From positions 4,710,159 through 4,774,158 of the forward strand of contig CAVNZM010000010.1 of NCBI GenBank assembly GCA_963693365.1: DNA of 64,000 nt. The letters are read 5' to 3'. The translations under genes and the position numbers were made by a program. Source of the stretch: Amoebidium appalachense. Its lineage: Eukaryota > Protista > Ichthyosporea. Under the pieces are notes generated by a model. The model was given only the letters and a program-made list of their open reading frames with translations, did no database searches and was not told the DNA's origin. Shown here piece by piece: positions 36,571-50,077 of this stretch (positions within the stretch are counted from its first letter, which is position 1; each line of letters opens with the position of its first letter).

Positions 36571-36761
36571 TTAACCCAACTATCATCAGTAAAAGGGTTA
36601 AGGGAAGGAGGAGAGATGTTGGAATGGTGGATGTGACGAGAAGAGCAACGCGTGGCATTCATATCCGATTTATTCGGAAAATTGCTAAAATTCAACCAAT
36701 CAGAGCCCAACTTTGAAAAAGCAACACACATCACAGACACACTGACCGGCACAGGTTTACC

Positions 36762-36824
<63 letters not shown>

Positions 36825-37692
36825 GCAGAGACGTGTTCCATTTTTCTTTACAGTCTCTTTGAGCACCCTCAGCTGAGGTACCACGAGAAGTAAGACAGCA
36901 ATGGGCAAAATCCGCAGCGTATTCTTTCAAAGGGAGTTTCCCAGACACCCTTACCATTAATTATGTTCTAGCACACAGGCAACCATCGTAGCCTACTATA
37001 ACTAGTCATGCAATAATGGTGCCAGCCGGGTGCACTGGTTTTGAAAGGTTTATTAAAGACGAGTTAACTTCCGGTAAACCTCAGATATCACTCTCGGCCC
37101 ACCAACACAACGTCACGGTGAGTATCCCCCCCCCCCCCCCCCCCCTCCCCCCCTCCCCCCCCCCCCCCTTTTTTTTTTTTTTTAAAAAAAGAAAAGAAAA
37201 GAAAGAAAGAAAGAAAGAAAGAAATACTTGAAATAAAACAGAAGAATCAATTTTTCAAGTTCTCCGCTCAGGTCAACGGTCACAAATTATCTCAATGTTG
37301 ATTCTAACTGAGCCTAGGGCTTACACTTAGGCTCAAAAATCATACACCGCAATGACTCCTTGGAGCCTGATATGGCAGGTAGATGTAATGGTATTGCCTT
37401 AAAAGGGTATCCCTGCCAACATGTGCGACACTGAAAAATTACACAACAGTTTCATAAAAGGAAACACCACCCAAACATAGCAATATTTATCTGCCCTTGC
37501 TGGTGGGCATATATCTATCACCGTGCTAACACCAAATAAATAAAACATCACTCATTAACTCGTAAATCAGGGAAATCCGAATCACATCAGGAGTAATATT
37601 CCTACTATCTTTCGGTTTATTATTTCTACTCATTTTTTGTTTTTTTAGTGCACTGCCGCGGATCCTCTCAGTACTCACGCTTGGCAAACATT

Positions 37693-38325
37693 TCACTCAT
37701 TGTAACCCTCGAACTTCTTGCGGTACATCTTGCGGCGAGCCGGGGCGTGCACACGTCGGCCAGATGGGTCAGCAGACTTTGCCTTTGCCAAGGGATTATT
37801 CACATAATAGAAAGGGTCATACGACAGAATGTCTCCGTTCTTGTATGCTTCATACTCGAGCTCTTTCCGTTCCTCCTCACTAGCGTCGTCAGCAATATCA
37901 TAATCTTGTTCATTGTTCGAGGAGCCACTCCCTATTTCGTCACATGCGCCGAAAACCTGCTCCCCGGAAGGCAAAAACTCACCGTATCTGTCACGGCATG
38001 TAGGTGTCCCCATCCCGTTTAAGTGAGAGCACATCAGAGTACAACCATTCATAAACTCATAGCAATAATCAGCCCATACAAACCCAAGGTATCTCAACCC
38101 CGGGACTTCTTCCGGAAGTTTTATGAGGTGATCAGACCACACTTCATTGTCATCTTTAACGCAATTTTTGTACCTACCCCGGTCGGCGAGGTAAACGTCG
38201 CAGTTCCCGTGCACCTTCGGGTCGCATGCGTAGCACCTCACCAACGAGTCGTCACAGCTGCCCAACACGCTGCCGGCTAGTGTCGCAAGAACCACCACGG
38301 TGGCCAAGAGCAAATATCGCATCAT
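37693..38325 (-). CDS. Intronless secreted cysteine-rich protein, unknown function
   Basis: 210-aa ORF free of repeats. Signal peptide MMRYLLLATVVVLATLAGSVLG, 10 Cys in residues ~24-128, then an acidic linker and a basic tail. Confidence 0.8.
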   Translation of the reverse strand: MMRYLLLATVVVLATLAGSVLGSCDDSLVRCYACDPKVHGNCDVYLADRGRYKNCVKDDNEVWSDHLIKLPEEVPGLRYLGFVWADYCYEFMNGCTLMCSHLNGMGTPTCRDRYGEFLPSGEQVFGACDEIGSGSSNNEQDYDIADDASEEERKELEYEAYKNGDILSYDPFYYVNNPLAKAKSADPSGRRVHAPARRKMYRKKFEGYNE

Positions 38326-40793
38326 GGTGCTATGTAGCCTGCAAAACGATTCTGGAGCCGGTGCAACCTTGTGCTATTACTTGGAGTCGTACCCTTCTCT
38401 TTGTAGCCCGCTTAGCCACTAGGACTGAGCTGGAAAACGCAGCAGGTCAGACTTGGCGACGCTGGGCCCTCTACCACGCAATTAAAAGTGTATAAAACCC
38501 GATGTTGTTAGGCGGACGGCCGATGTTGTTGGGAAGTGATGTTTGAGGCCCGTGTGGGGTGGCTTAATATACAGACCGGGCCTTCATTAAAAGTGTTAAC
38601 ACCCGCGTCTCTATTAATTGTTAGCTCGACTTGACTTATAATTATAATTGTTTGCTGGGTCTGATGACTTGACTTGACTTAAAAGTCGCGACTTGGAAGG
38701 GTACTATTTTTAGTAACTCCTCTGGCCGGCTGGGCCACACACGGGCGTGGGCATTTTTCGCCCCCCGTTCCCACTCACCCTCCTGCCTATAAAATATGCT
38801 TCCCCGCCCCAAGCCACCCTCCCCCCTTCAAGTCACTCCTATGTCCGGCCTCATGGCTTGACTTGACTTGGCCGAAATCAGGTGCTTGGTGAAGTGACTT
38901 CAAGTTGCGACTTGAAGTCAAGTCGCCACACAGGCTGAAAAGCCCTTGGTATGTGATAAAAAATGCGCGCACAGAATTGGTATGCAGTGTTGACTTGACT
39001 AATTCAAAAATTGCCCGCTCCTGGGCCGATTTTAACAAACAAACAGTCTCATAACGCTCACGGAACGTTACAGCCACGTACTATGGAGCCAACCACAATG
39101 TCACATAATGTAAGTACGATTTATTCCCCTCGTGTAAGGTCCGAAGTTGCATTTTTTTAACACAGGTGACAGATACCATCCTTGCCAGGTGTGCAGGTAT
39201 ATAATGACTCAAGGGATCCTGTTTGTTACATGTCATATAAAATGCGTTGTACATGTAACCTTCTTCAACTTTGGCCTGTGATACAAAAACGGTATACGTA
39301 ATGGGCCGGGTACATCCCTCTCTCTCGAGCTCAGAGTCTCTCTATTGCCCCCCCCCCCCCCCCCCTCCCCCCCCTCCCCCCCCCCCCCCCCCTTCCCCCT
39401 CCCCTCCCATAATCATGCAGGGGGGGAATGTGCTGTTTATTAACGACATGTAGGTGAGCTGTGATGAGATGTCGGCACCAAGGCCAACAGTACTTCCACC
39501 CAACAAGATAAACATGTACAAATTCGATGTTACACTTACTTCATACAGATTTTTATGTGGAGATATAATGTATCAGATAGACATCATATGTGGAGATATA
39601 TCGTTTATATATATATATTCGATATTCCAGATAATCCATACACTTTTGAAATAGTAGAAACTCGCCCGAGTTAAGTATGAAATCAAGCCGGTAAAATTCG
39701 GTAGGTCTTTCACTGTGTCATGTGTATGGGCCCGGGTAAACTGGGTGTCACAGTGTATGTCTGGAGGAATACAGGTTGAAAGCAAACCACATTTTTGTGG
39801 GTATGTTCGTTTAGTTTGGTGTGGTGTGTTGTCTGGTGTAGGGCATACATATCTGTAAACTTTGTATTAAGTTACATCTCCACTGTAAAGCCTTCACACA
39901 ATAAGAAAACGGCAACTCATATACAAACTGATCTATTAGAGATTTACCCACACCGTCGCTCAAGTTACACACATATCTGGGGAGCAGTTCCCTACCCTTT
40001 GCATATTCACACAACGATAATTATACAGGAAATGATCTGCTATACACAGTCCCGGTAACTTAAGTGCAAGCTGTCATCTGGTCTATCTTCCGCCGGAATA
40101 GCACGCCACGCAGTGTACATCTTTGATGTTTTCAAGATGATCACTGAAAGTACTTTTGGCCACCAAACTTATGCGCTCGAGCTTCCTCGGTTCATGAATT
40201 ATTAAGTATTATTACAAGAAATTGTGGGGAGTTCGTAGTCACGGTGCTGTACTTTACCGGCAGCGCACTGCTATGCCCCGGAAGCGCAAGCTTCCGAGCC
40301 TATCTTGGCAAAAGAATATGCTTTATCCCGATCGCCTACAATAAACAACAAAGGTCTTGCATTTTTTTTTTTTAACACAGGCACATACCATCCTTGCCTA
40401 TTTATGTGAAAATCCCCGGGGGAATCATCATCAACCAATCATACCACTGGCTGTGTGAGCCAGGCTGCCAGGCTGAGCCTGCCAGCCTCTAGCTCACAAA
40501 GTCACCGTGACTGTACTGGGCGTGCAATCATCAGTGTCATAATAAAATGTTACATGTTATGTGTGTGTCTACGAAAAGGGACAATACTTGAGGGTTCAAT
40601 GGAAAAGGGTTAACAATAATAGAGAGCGGGGAAAGAGCCTGCGGCGCTTTGGGGCCCCTGGAGAGAGGGGAGACAAGAAGCTAAGGAAGCAGAAAAATTG
40701 AAGGGGTGGGTCTCTGGGGGAGGGGGGGGGAGGGGGGAGGGGGGGGGGGGAAAGGAGAGGGGGGGGGGGGGGGGGAGAGAAAGAGAGAGATGT

Positions 40794-40827
<34 letters not shown>

Positions 40828-40847
40828 GAGTCTCGGAGAGAGAGGGA

Positions 40848-40920
<73 letters not shown>

Positions 40921-41721
40921 GGGGGGGGGGGGGGGGGGGGGGGGGGAGGGGGTGAAGGAGAGGGGGAGTCTGAGGGAAGGGGGGAGCTAGGACGGGGAGA
41001 GGGGGGAGCGGGGGGGGAAGCTGGGGGAGCGTGTGTTTTTTTTTGGGAGGGGGGGGGAGGGGATGGGGAATGGGGAAGGGGGGGGGGGGGAGGGGGGGGG
41101 GGGGGTAGAAAGCGTTACAAAGTTACAAAATGTAAGGGGCACATATGCGACTGATAGCATAATGCGGATTTGGCAAATCAGCACACACAAGTCGGGAGTG
41201 AGGGGTGGGGGGGGGGGGGGAGGGGGGGTATGTGTGTGTCTGTGTGTGTCGGTGCGTGTTTGCGTGTGTGTGTGTGTGTAGGTATTGGAGGAGGGGGGGA
41301 GGGGGGGGGGGGGGGGGGGGGGGGGCTGGAGTGAATGGTGTTGGATGGGGAGAAAAGTGGGGGAGGGAAAGGTGGCGGGGAGGGGGGGGAGGGGGGGGGG
41401 GGGGGGGATTGGGAGGTGTTGGTCAGTATTCCCACAACGAATCAGGAAGTTACTCTGGTTGCTGTGGCCGATTTACATTCCGATTCGGAAAGGGGGGGGA
41501 GGGGGGAGGGGGGGAGGTGGGGGGAGGTGTTATGTGTGTGTGTGTGTGTCTTGGTATGTTGGTGGGGGATTAGTGAGAGGGGTAAGGTAGAAGAATGTTA
41601 GAGGGGGTTATGGGCAGCGTGCATCATAATTTAACAGAGAAAATGTATGTGAGGTGGGTTGGTGGGCGAGAGTGGGTCACAGTAAGTTAGGGAGGAGGGG
41701 TTCCCGCAGACGCTGAGGAAA

Positions 41722-41755
<34 letters not shown>

Positions 41756-42229
41756 GGAAGGATCGTGGGTGATGATGATGGTTATGGTGGTAGATAGTTG
41801 GAGAAGCCCGGGGGAGAGGAGAGGGGGAGAGGCGGGAGGGGGGGGGGGGGGGGGGGGGAGTGTGGGGAGTATGCACACACCCTGGACACATCCGAGTCCT
41901 GCCAAACGCTGCACAGGGCATCCAAACTTATGCTCTGACCGTTTAAACCCTTGGCTGTGCCCGCCATCACATCTGTTTAACCCAAGTATCATCAGTAAAA
42001 GGGTTAAGGGAAGGAGATAAACCAAGATTTTAGATGGTTGACGTGACTAGTAGAGCAACGTGTGGAATTCATATCCAAATTTATTCGAAAAATTGCTAAA
42101 ATTCAACCAGTCATAGCCCAACTTTAGATGTACACTATAAGCAGACCTACCCACGTTCGCCCCCCAGATGGGTTTGCATGATCAGATATTAGACAACCAG
42201 GCCCGCCTCCAGATTATTCGAAGATTGCT

Positions 42230-42273
<44 letters not shown>

Positions 42274-42887
42274 ACTACCACCTTCATAGCTTTGGTGTTT
42301 GCATCATCAAAACGGAACGTTTAAACAGGCGGTTTTAACACATTTGGATAGGCAAGGATGTGTCTAGAGGAGTTTGTCATGGATTATGGGTGTGTTGGTG
42401 GTGTTTGGGGTGATGGTGAAGGGGTTCAACGTGCTGCACACTTGTGTTTACGAATAAGAAAAAGCAGAGATAACAGTAATACGGTAGCCAGTGGGTATAA
42501 AACCACATCACGATGCTTGATAAGTTATGACGTGAATATATTATGTTCATGGTGGTGGGTTTAAAGGCATATTATGACAACATGAACATTCGAAAAGTAG
42601 AAGTTATATATTATGTTAGGTTTAGATGCATAGAATTCCATAAAAATGCAAAGTTGGTTGATCTGCAACTGGTAGGAAGGATTTGGCAATGATGAAATAC
42701 AGTGTCACGGTGTTTTTCTTTTTTGCTTTGTTTTTTGTTTTTTTGAAATGATGCTAGGATATTTCAGGAATGATTGAAGCTGTGTTTGCCGATAGAAAAA
42801 GAAAAAAAGGTTGCAAGAGTAACTGCAGAAAAAATAGCTTGGTGTTGGATACATAGAGAACTTGGAACAGGCTGGTTTGTGTGGAGC

Positions 42888-43626
<739 letters not shown>

Positions 43627-44130
43627 GGGGCAAAAATAAGGGAAAGGTGGGGCGGGGAGAGGGGGAGAATAACCGAAGAGGAAGTTGGAACACCGCCGAT
43701 GATCCAGAGGTACACAGTAGCATGTACAGTCGGTGGTGTTTTGAGACAACTTAGAGCACAATATCCGGCTATGACACGACTATGAAATTGTCGTAATTCC
43801 ATTGACAACGTGTGACAATATTTTCCCCCTTTTTCTCTTGGCTGGATTATACCTTTCTCGGTTGAAAATATCATGAGCCAACCGGGGAAGAAAAAATAAG
43901 GAAAGAAAGAAAAAAAAACCTGTCCTTGCCTACTACTCATGTATAGCTTCCTGTCCGATTCATGGGAACGTGTATTGGTAGCCCTCGCACTTCTGGCGCA
44001 CGACTTCGGTGTGTGAGCACATGTACTTGTGTGCAAGCGGGTGTACTGTACGTGTGTGACACTGTAGTGATGGTGGTGTGGGAAGAATGGGAGGACGACT
44101 CGGGGAGTGGGGACGAGGGGAGGGGAGCCT

Positions 44131-44166
<36 letters not shown>

Positions 44167-44599
44167 CTGTTGGCAGTTATGTTGGTGGGAGGAGGGGTCC
44201 AAGTGGGGCGGGCGGGGGGGCCGGGGAGGAGGAGGGGAGAGATGCACCATGCATAACAGGATGAAGAGACACAAACTCTGACAGCAACGTTTTTTTTCCT
44301 TTCTATACAACCTCTCTAATTCAAGTCCATGCGTGCTGATGGCATTGCCAAAGACAGTATAAGACTCTGACATCCGTGTGGTTTCCTGACAGAACACAGT
44401 GAGTGCCGTTATGTGAACAGTGTGCGACTCAGGGATTTTTGCAGTGTTTTATGAGAGAAGGTTTTCAAAACGAAACAATTCTTAGACAAGCTCTGGGACT
44501 TTTCCAATCGATACTTCTTTCTTCCTTGCTTTTTCTCCTCATTTTTTCCCTACTGGTTTTGCCTACTAACAATCATTTTATAGCTTCCCCAGCTCCCCC

Positions 44600-44630
<31 letters not shown>

Positions 44631-44831
44631 AAAAAAAAAAAAAAAGGGAAAAAAACGAGACACACACCCCAGTTCCCCAATTTCAGAAAGAAGAAAGGAG
44701 GGAAATAAAAGGAGGAAAGAAAGAAAAAGAAAACAAAGTTTTTTGTCTTCTGCATGACTTATAGGCTATACTACATACTCGAGTCAGTGCAAATTTAAAC
44801 TCAACACACAGCTCCTTTAGCTTTCCACAAC

Positions 44832-45491
44832 ATGGCAACCATTTACACCATTGGTCATGGGACCCGAACCCTTAAAGAACTAGACGCCATCCTGATCCAA
44901 AACGAGATAGACATTCTAGTCGACGTGAGAAGCTACCCACGAAGCCGCACAAACCCACAGTTCAACAAAGACAAGCTCGAAAAACACTACATAAACTACC
45001 TGAAATCAAACCTCACAACCGGAAAAAAGACGAAAAAAACAACCAAACAACCGGAAACGGCAAAAAAATCAACCGAGAGACACATCGAATACATGCACCT
45101 CCTGGGGCTCGGGGGACGTCGGCCGAAAACGGAATCGTGCGCAAAACACGTTTCTTTAAGGGTAGACGCGTTTCGCAACTACGCCGGCTACATGTCCACC
45201 GACGCGTTTAAAGAATCTCTCAAACAGTTGGTGAAAATGTCTTCTTCGAGGAAAAAGGTGTGCATTATGTGCAGTGAAACTCTCTGGTGGAGGTGTCATA
45301 GACGAATGATTTCGGACGCTTTGGTGGTGCGTGGAGAGGCAAGCGTGTTCCATTTGGGCGTCGGAAAAACACCTGCGGCACATGTGGTGTGGGACATCGC
45401 GCGGGGGCTTCCAAATAAGGAAATTGTCTATGATGCCCCTGAGGTGAAAGCACGCGATAAAGGCATTCCAAAATATTTCTCGTCTTGCTGA
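44832..45491 (+). CDS. DUF488-family protein, intronless
   Basis: IYTIGHGTR, LVDVRSYPRSR.NPQFN, LGGRR, FRNYAGYM and CIMCSETLWWRCHRRMISDAL match the DUF488 signature. Good start context (ACAACATGG). Confidence 0.9.
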   Translation: MATIYTIGHGTRTLKELDAILIQNEIDILVDVRSYPRSRTNPQFNKDKLEKHYINYLKSNLTTGKKTKKTTKQPETAKKSTERHIEYMHLLGLGGRRPKTESCAKHVSLRVDAFRNYAGYMSTDAFKESLKQLVKMSSSRKKVCIMCSETLWWRCHRRMISDALVVRGEASVFHLGVGKTPAAHVVWDIARGLPNKEIVYDAPEVKARDKGIPKYFSSC

Positions 45492-46200
45492 TTCTTATCC
45501 AGTAGTGGGTGGGATGAGCGTACACATGTTCTTTATGTGGGTGTCGGGAAAATGCATGCGGCACACGTGGTGTGGGATGTCGCAGGTGCACTTAATTGCA
45601 AATAAGGAAATCATACCGTATGATGCTTAGGTGGCCGTGACGAAAATTAAATATTTTACACCCTTCCGATTTCTCTAAGAGTCTATGCTTTAGCGATGCG
45701 TGGGATGTTTGTTTGTTTGTTTCATGGAGGTGTCGACCGAATTCTTACATGTCAAGTGGTTAGTCGCACGGCTATTTCCAAATAAGGAAATTGTATTTGA
45801 TGCTTAGGTGCCCATGAGTGGCCCGTGACAAGAAATATTTATGCCTTTTATAGTTTTCTGAGAGTCTGTATGCGTTGGCGCTGCGTGGAATGAACTTTTT
45901 TCGTTTTGGTTGCCGGAGGAAAAAAACAAAAACAAAGAAAACAAAAACAAAAAAAAAAACTCACATGTCGTGTGGTTAGGCCCCACACACTTCTAAATAA
46001 GGAAATTGTCTACGCTGCTTAGGTGTAATTGCATGTGTTATAAAAAGATTCTCTAGCTCTTGTTCCTCCATGTGCGTCTGATTTGGTGGTGGGGAAATGA
46101 ATGTGTTCCATTTTTTTTTGTGGGGCAATGTCTGCGGCAAATATGGCGCGGGACGTCACACACGTATTCACAAATATGGACGCTTACTGTAGGTGAAATG
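45340..46200 (+). repeat. Degenerate ~180-215-bp tandem array derived from the DUF488 3' end
   Basis: Core AAATAAGGAAAT at 45413, 45600, 45780 and 45995, with a decayed copy at 46172. Each is preceded by an ACAYGT..GTGG motif and followed by a GC(TT)AGGTG-like motif. Confidence 0.8.
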
Positions 46201-46410
46201 CGAACAACAAACTCTTATTTTCTATCGCTCTCTTACACCTCTGAGTATCTTTTGACCCTAATGGACATGTTGAATTCCAGGCTCTAACTCTGGTTACACT
46301 TTTAGGACAGTATTTAATAGTTACTTTATACTGTTGGTCAGTAAGATTGTTCTTTCGTCCTCGGGTGTTCAATATCACCTTCAATTAGGAATTTTTTCTT
46401 GTGTGCCTCG

Positions 46411-46451
<41 letters not shown>

Positions 46452-46471
46452 CGTGCGTGTGTTTGTATGCA

Positions 46472-46504
<33 letters not shown>

Positions 46505-47346
46505 ATGCCATGTGTGTGTGTGTATGCCATGTGTGTGTGTGTGTGTGTGTGTGTGTGGTGTGTCACGGTGTGTGTGTGTGTGTGTATGCGTGTGTGTGGG
46601 TGTGTGTATAGGTGTGTTCACTGCACACATGTAGCGAAACACGTGACATGCATATGTACTTGCACAGGAAGTATTACATGTCAGAACGTCATACGTCATG
46701 GACATTGGTAAACAGGGGCCGTAGGAAATCTTCAGATACACTTGTGATAATCTATTGGAAAATGCAGCATGGGCCTGCCTGCTGCCACAAATTCGTCAGG
46801 ATATCCTATTATCTCACGATTAAAATCACACCGAGGAATGCTGGATAAATGGTTAGGAATATACCCACACCTTTGTGTTTCTTGATTTGCCTATCTAGTA
46901 CACAGAGAGATCCATAAAATCGTACAGCAAAAAAAGAAGCCCCCCCCCCCCCCCCCCCCCCACCCTTTTACTCCTCCCCCCCCCCCCCCCCCCCTCCCGC
47001 CACACCCACACCCATTCTCTCTCTTTCTTGTACGACCCTAATAATGGGATGCCCAAACTGGATGGGAAAAAATTCTACAAAACTATGACTGCATCAAAAG
47101 AGGGTCTTTTTTACTTTTCCTTTTATATAACAGCACGCGTACATTTTGAGCCCCTATCACCCACAAACAATCCAAGAATTTTTCTTTTCAATCCAGCCTT
47201 TTCTAGAATACTTTGACAAACTCCCCTCCACAAAGCAACTTTGCAAGTTGGCGCAACAACGTCGTCGGGGAGAAAAATGCAAGTCGAAGCTCACAGACAC
47301 AGACACAGACACACACACACACACACACACACACCGACTATTTAGC

Positions 47347-47700
47347 TCAGGCCTGCCCCTGGTGTTTCGCGGCGGTGGGAAGCACCCCTTGCTTCTTCTT
47401 TGCGTTCATCTGTTCGTGATACTTGACGTACGAATAGTAGATGGAGCCAAAAACGCTAATGTTGATACCCGCGAAATTTGTGAAACTGTAGGCGTAATCG
47501 GGAATAATGATCATGCCGATGTACGTCGAAAGGATGTTCTTGAGGCACCCTGCACGTGCACGGGGTTAGTGTAAGAGAGAGAGAGAGCACGCGTGTGTGG
47601 ACGGGTGTCCGTGTGCATTCAGCACGAGTGAATACGTATGCACATGTCTGCGTGTTTATGGAGCGAGTGTGTCAGGGTGTGCAAGTGTGCAAGTGTGCAC

Positions 47701-47775
<75 letters not shown>

Positions 47776-47912
47776 TGTTTGTGTGTCTGCAGTATGCGAA
47801 GCGAGTGTGTACGTGTGTGCATGTGTGTATGTGCATGAGTGTGTCGAGTGTGGGTGTGTATGCGTGCGCATGTACCTGCATGAGTATGGAGCGAGTGTGT
47901 AGGTGTGTGCAC

Positions 47913-47951
<39 letters not shown>

Positions 47952-48291
47952 GCATGTGAGTGTCTGCGGAGAGCGTGTGGATGCGCGCCTGTGTATTTCG
48001 TGTTTATTGTCTGCGCGCGTGTATGTGCATATGTATCAAGTCTGACCGTACGTGTATGTACGTGGAACGTGTGTATCGAGTGTTTGTTGTACGTGTGTAC
48101 ATGAATATCTTGTGTCTATGTCATCGGTGAAGGTGTGAAGAAGCACATTGCCGAAATTTGCTACCCCCCCCCCCCCCCCCCCCCCTCTCTCCCCCCCGCC
48201 ACACCCCCACACCTACAAATAACATGATTGATATGATTCAGCTTTTCTAGAAGACATAAAGAATCTCGCCATCTATACACATCCCCGTGGT

Positions 48292-48353
<62 letters not shown>

Positions 48354-49316
48354 AGGGGTTGAAGGCGGGGGGGGGGGGGGGGGGGGGGGGGAGATAAGCA
48401 CATGTGTTTTCAGCTTGTGTGTCCTTTTTTTCGTTGGCAGGAAGAGGGGGGGAGAGAGGGGGGGGGGGGGTTTGAATGCGGAACACGGTACGAAGTACGC
48501 ATACACGATGAGAAGTATGGTGCAGGACACATGCAAAGGCAAACATTCAAGTATGCAACATCAGCCATGCGCACAGTATGCGTCATAAGCAGAGCCCATC
48601 CTCAGGGAGGGCTCAAGTCATCAATTGCGTCTGAGTTTCGACCCCTTAACCCGCGTATATACGACTCTCCAACTCAGACAGCAGCATCAACTGAACTTGG
48701 GAGGGTCAACCCGTCTTGATCAAAGACGAGCAGGGTTGCTTATGCAAGCAAGGTGAGCAAAACGGTGAAGATGTGTGTGCAAACTAAAGCAGTGCAGCGA
48801 AAAACGCGTATGTGCTTACAGATGCACGACACAGAGCAACCATGCCCGGTTGCATGGAAGTAAAGCGGTGGGGGGGGGGGGGGGGGGGGGGGGGTCAAAT
48901 ACCAATGACAGTCGTCGTCAGTGCAGAATTGACCTTTGTGCAGTGGAAAATCGAGAAATTCAGCACGAACCCCATCACCGACGCGCACAGGAAGCAAGTC
49001 AAAAACCCCCCGTCGAGCCAGCTGTCGAAATTTCGCACACCGTCCCACTCCCCCTGGTACATGAAGTACATGAGAAGGATCGGGAAAGAAAAAAGTGAGT
49101 TGTAAAACATGAGACCGTACGTTCCGAGCTCCTTCGAATCGAGCTTTTTCTTCATAACGACACCGTTCAAGGCCGTGGCGACGTTGTTTATCATGATGTA
49201 GGTGTAGCCAGCGGCGTCGAAAACGAGGTCGTCGTATGCGGCGACCATTGCTCCAAACACCATCAGGAACACGCTCAGTTTCACCTTGAAGGAGGACTCG
49301 TAGCCGAGATAGTAGC

Positions 49317-49353
<37 letters not shown>

Positions 49354-49375
49354 GGGGAGGGTGGGGAGAGGGGGA

Positions 49376-49410
<35 letters not shown>

Positions 49411-49549
49411 GGGGGAAGAGGGGAGGGAAGGGGTGGAGGGGAGGGGTTAGAATGCGTTGTAGAGTAAAAAGTCCACATTCATGACTGAAATACAACACAG
49501 TGTGCAGAGCCAAAGAAGAAAGAGAGAGAGAGAGACGGGGGGGAGAGGG

Positions 49550-49590
<41 letters not shown>

Positions 49591-50032
49591 AGGGAGGGAA
49601 GATGGGGTAAAGATCATGGTGAAAGAGAAACCAGTAATGAGGGTGGTGGTTTGGGGCCCGGAGGGCGCGGGGGGGGGGGGGGGGGGGGGGGGGGGATGTG
49701 TGTGTGCGCCACTGGCCGGGGGTGGGGGGGGAGGAAGGGAAGGGGAGGGAAGATTGGGTCCATGTGTACGTGTGAATGTGGGTGTGGGTGCATGCACGTG
49801 TATGTGTGTGTGTGTGAATGTGAGTGTGTGAGTGTGTGAGTGTGTGTACCTATGCCTGCATGTTTCCGTGCAGGGGTGTACGTGCATATCGGAGGGACCG
49901 GGGGGATGGGGAGGGGGGGGGGGGGGGGGGGGGAGGATTCGTGCATGTGTGTATGGATGAGCTCATGTGTGACCAGGGCAGCGGGGGGAAGGGGAGGGAA
50001 GTATATGTCTCTCTCTCTCTCTCTCTCTCTCC

Positions 50033-50077
<45 letters not shown>

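Noticed and set aside
45340-46200. CRISPR array
   Set aside because: Units are ~190 bp and homologous along their length, the cores are only 12 bp, there are no cas genes, and the context is eukaryotic.
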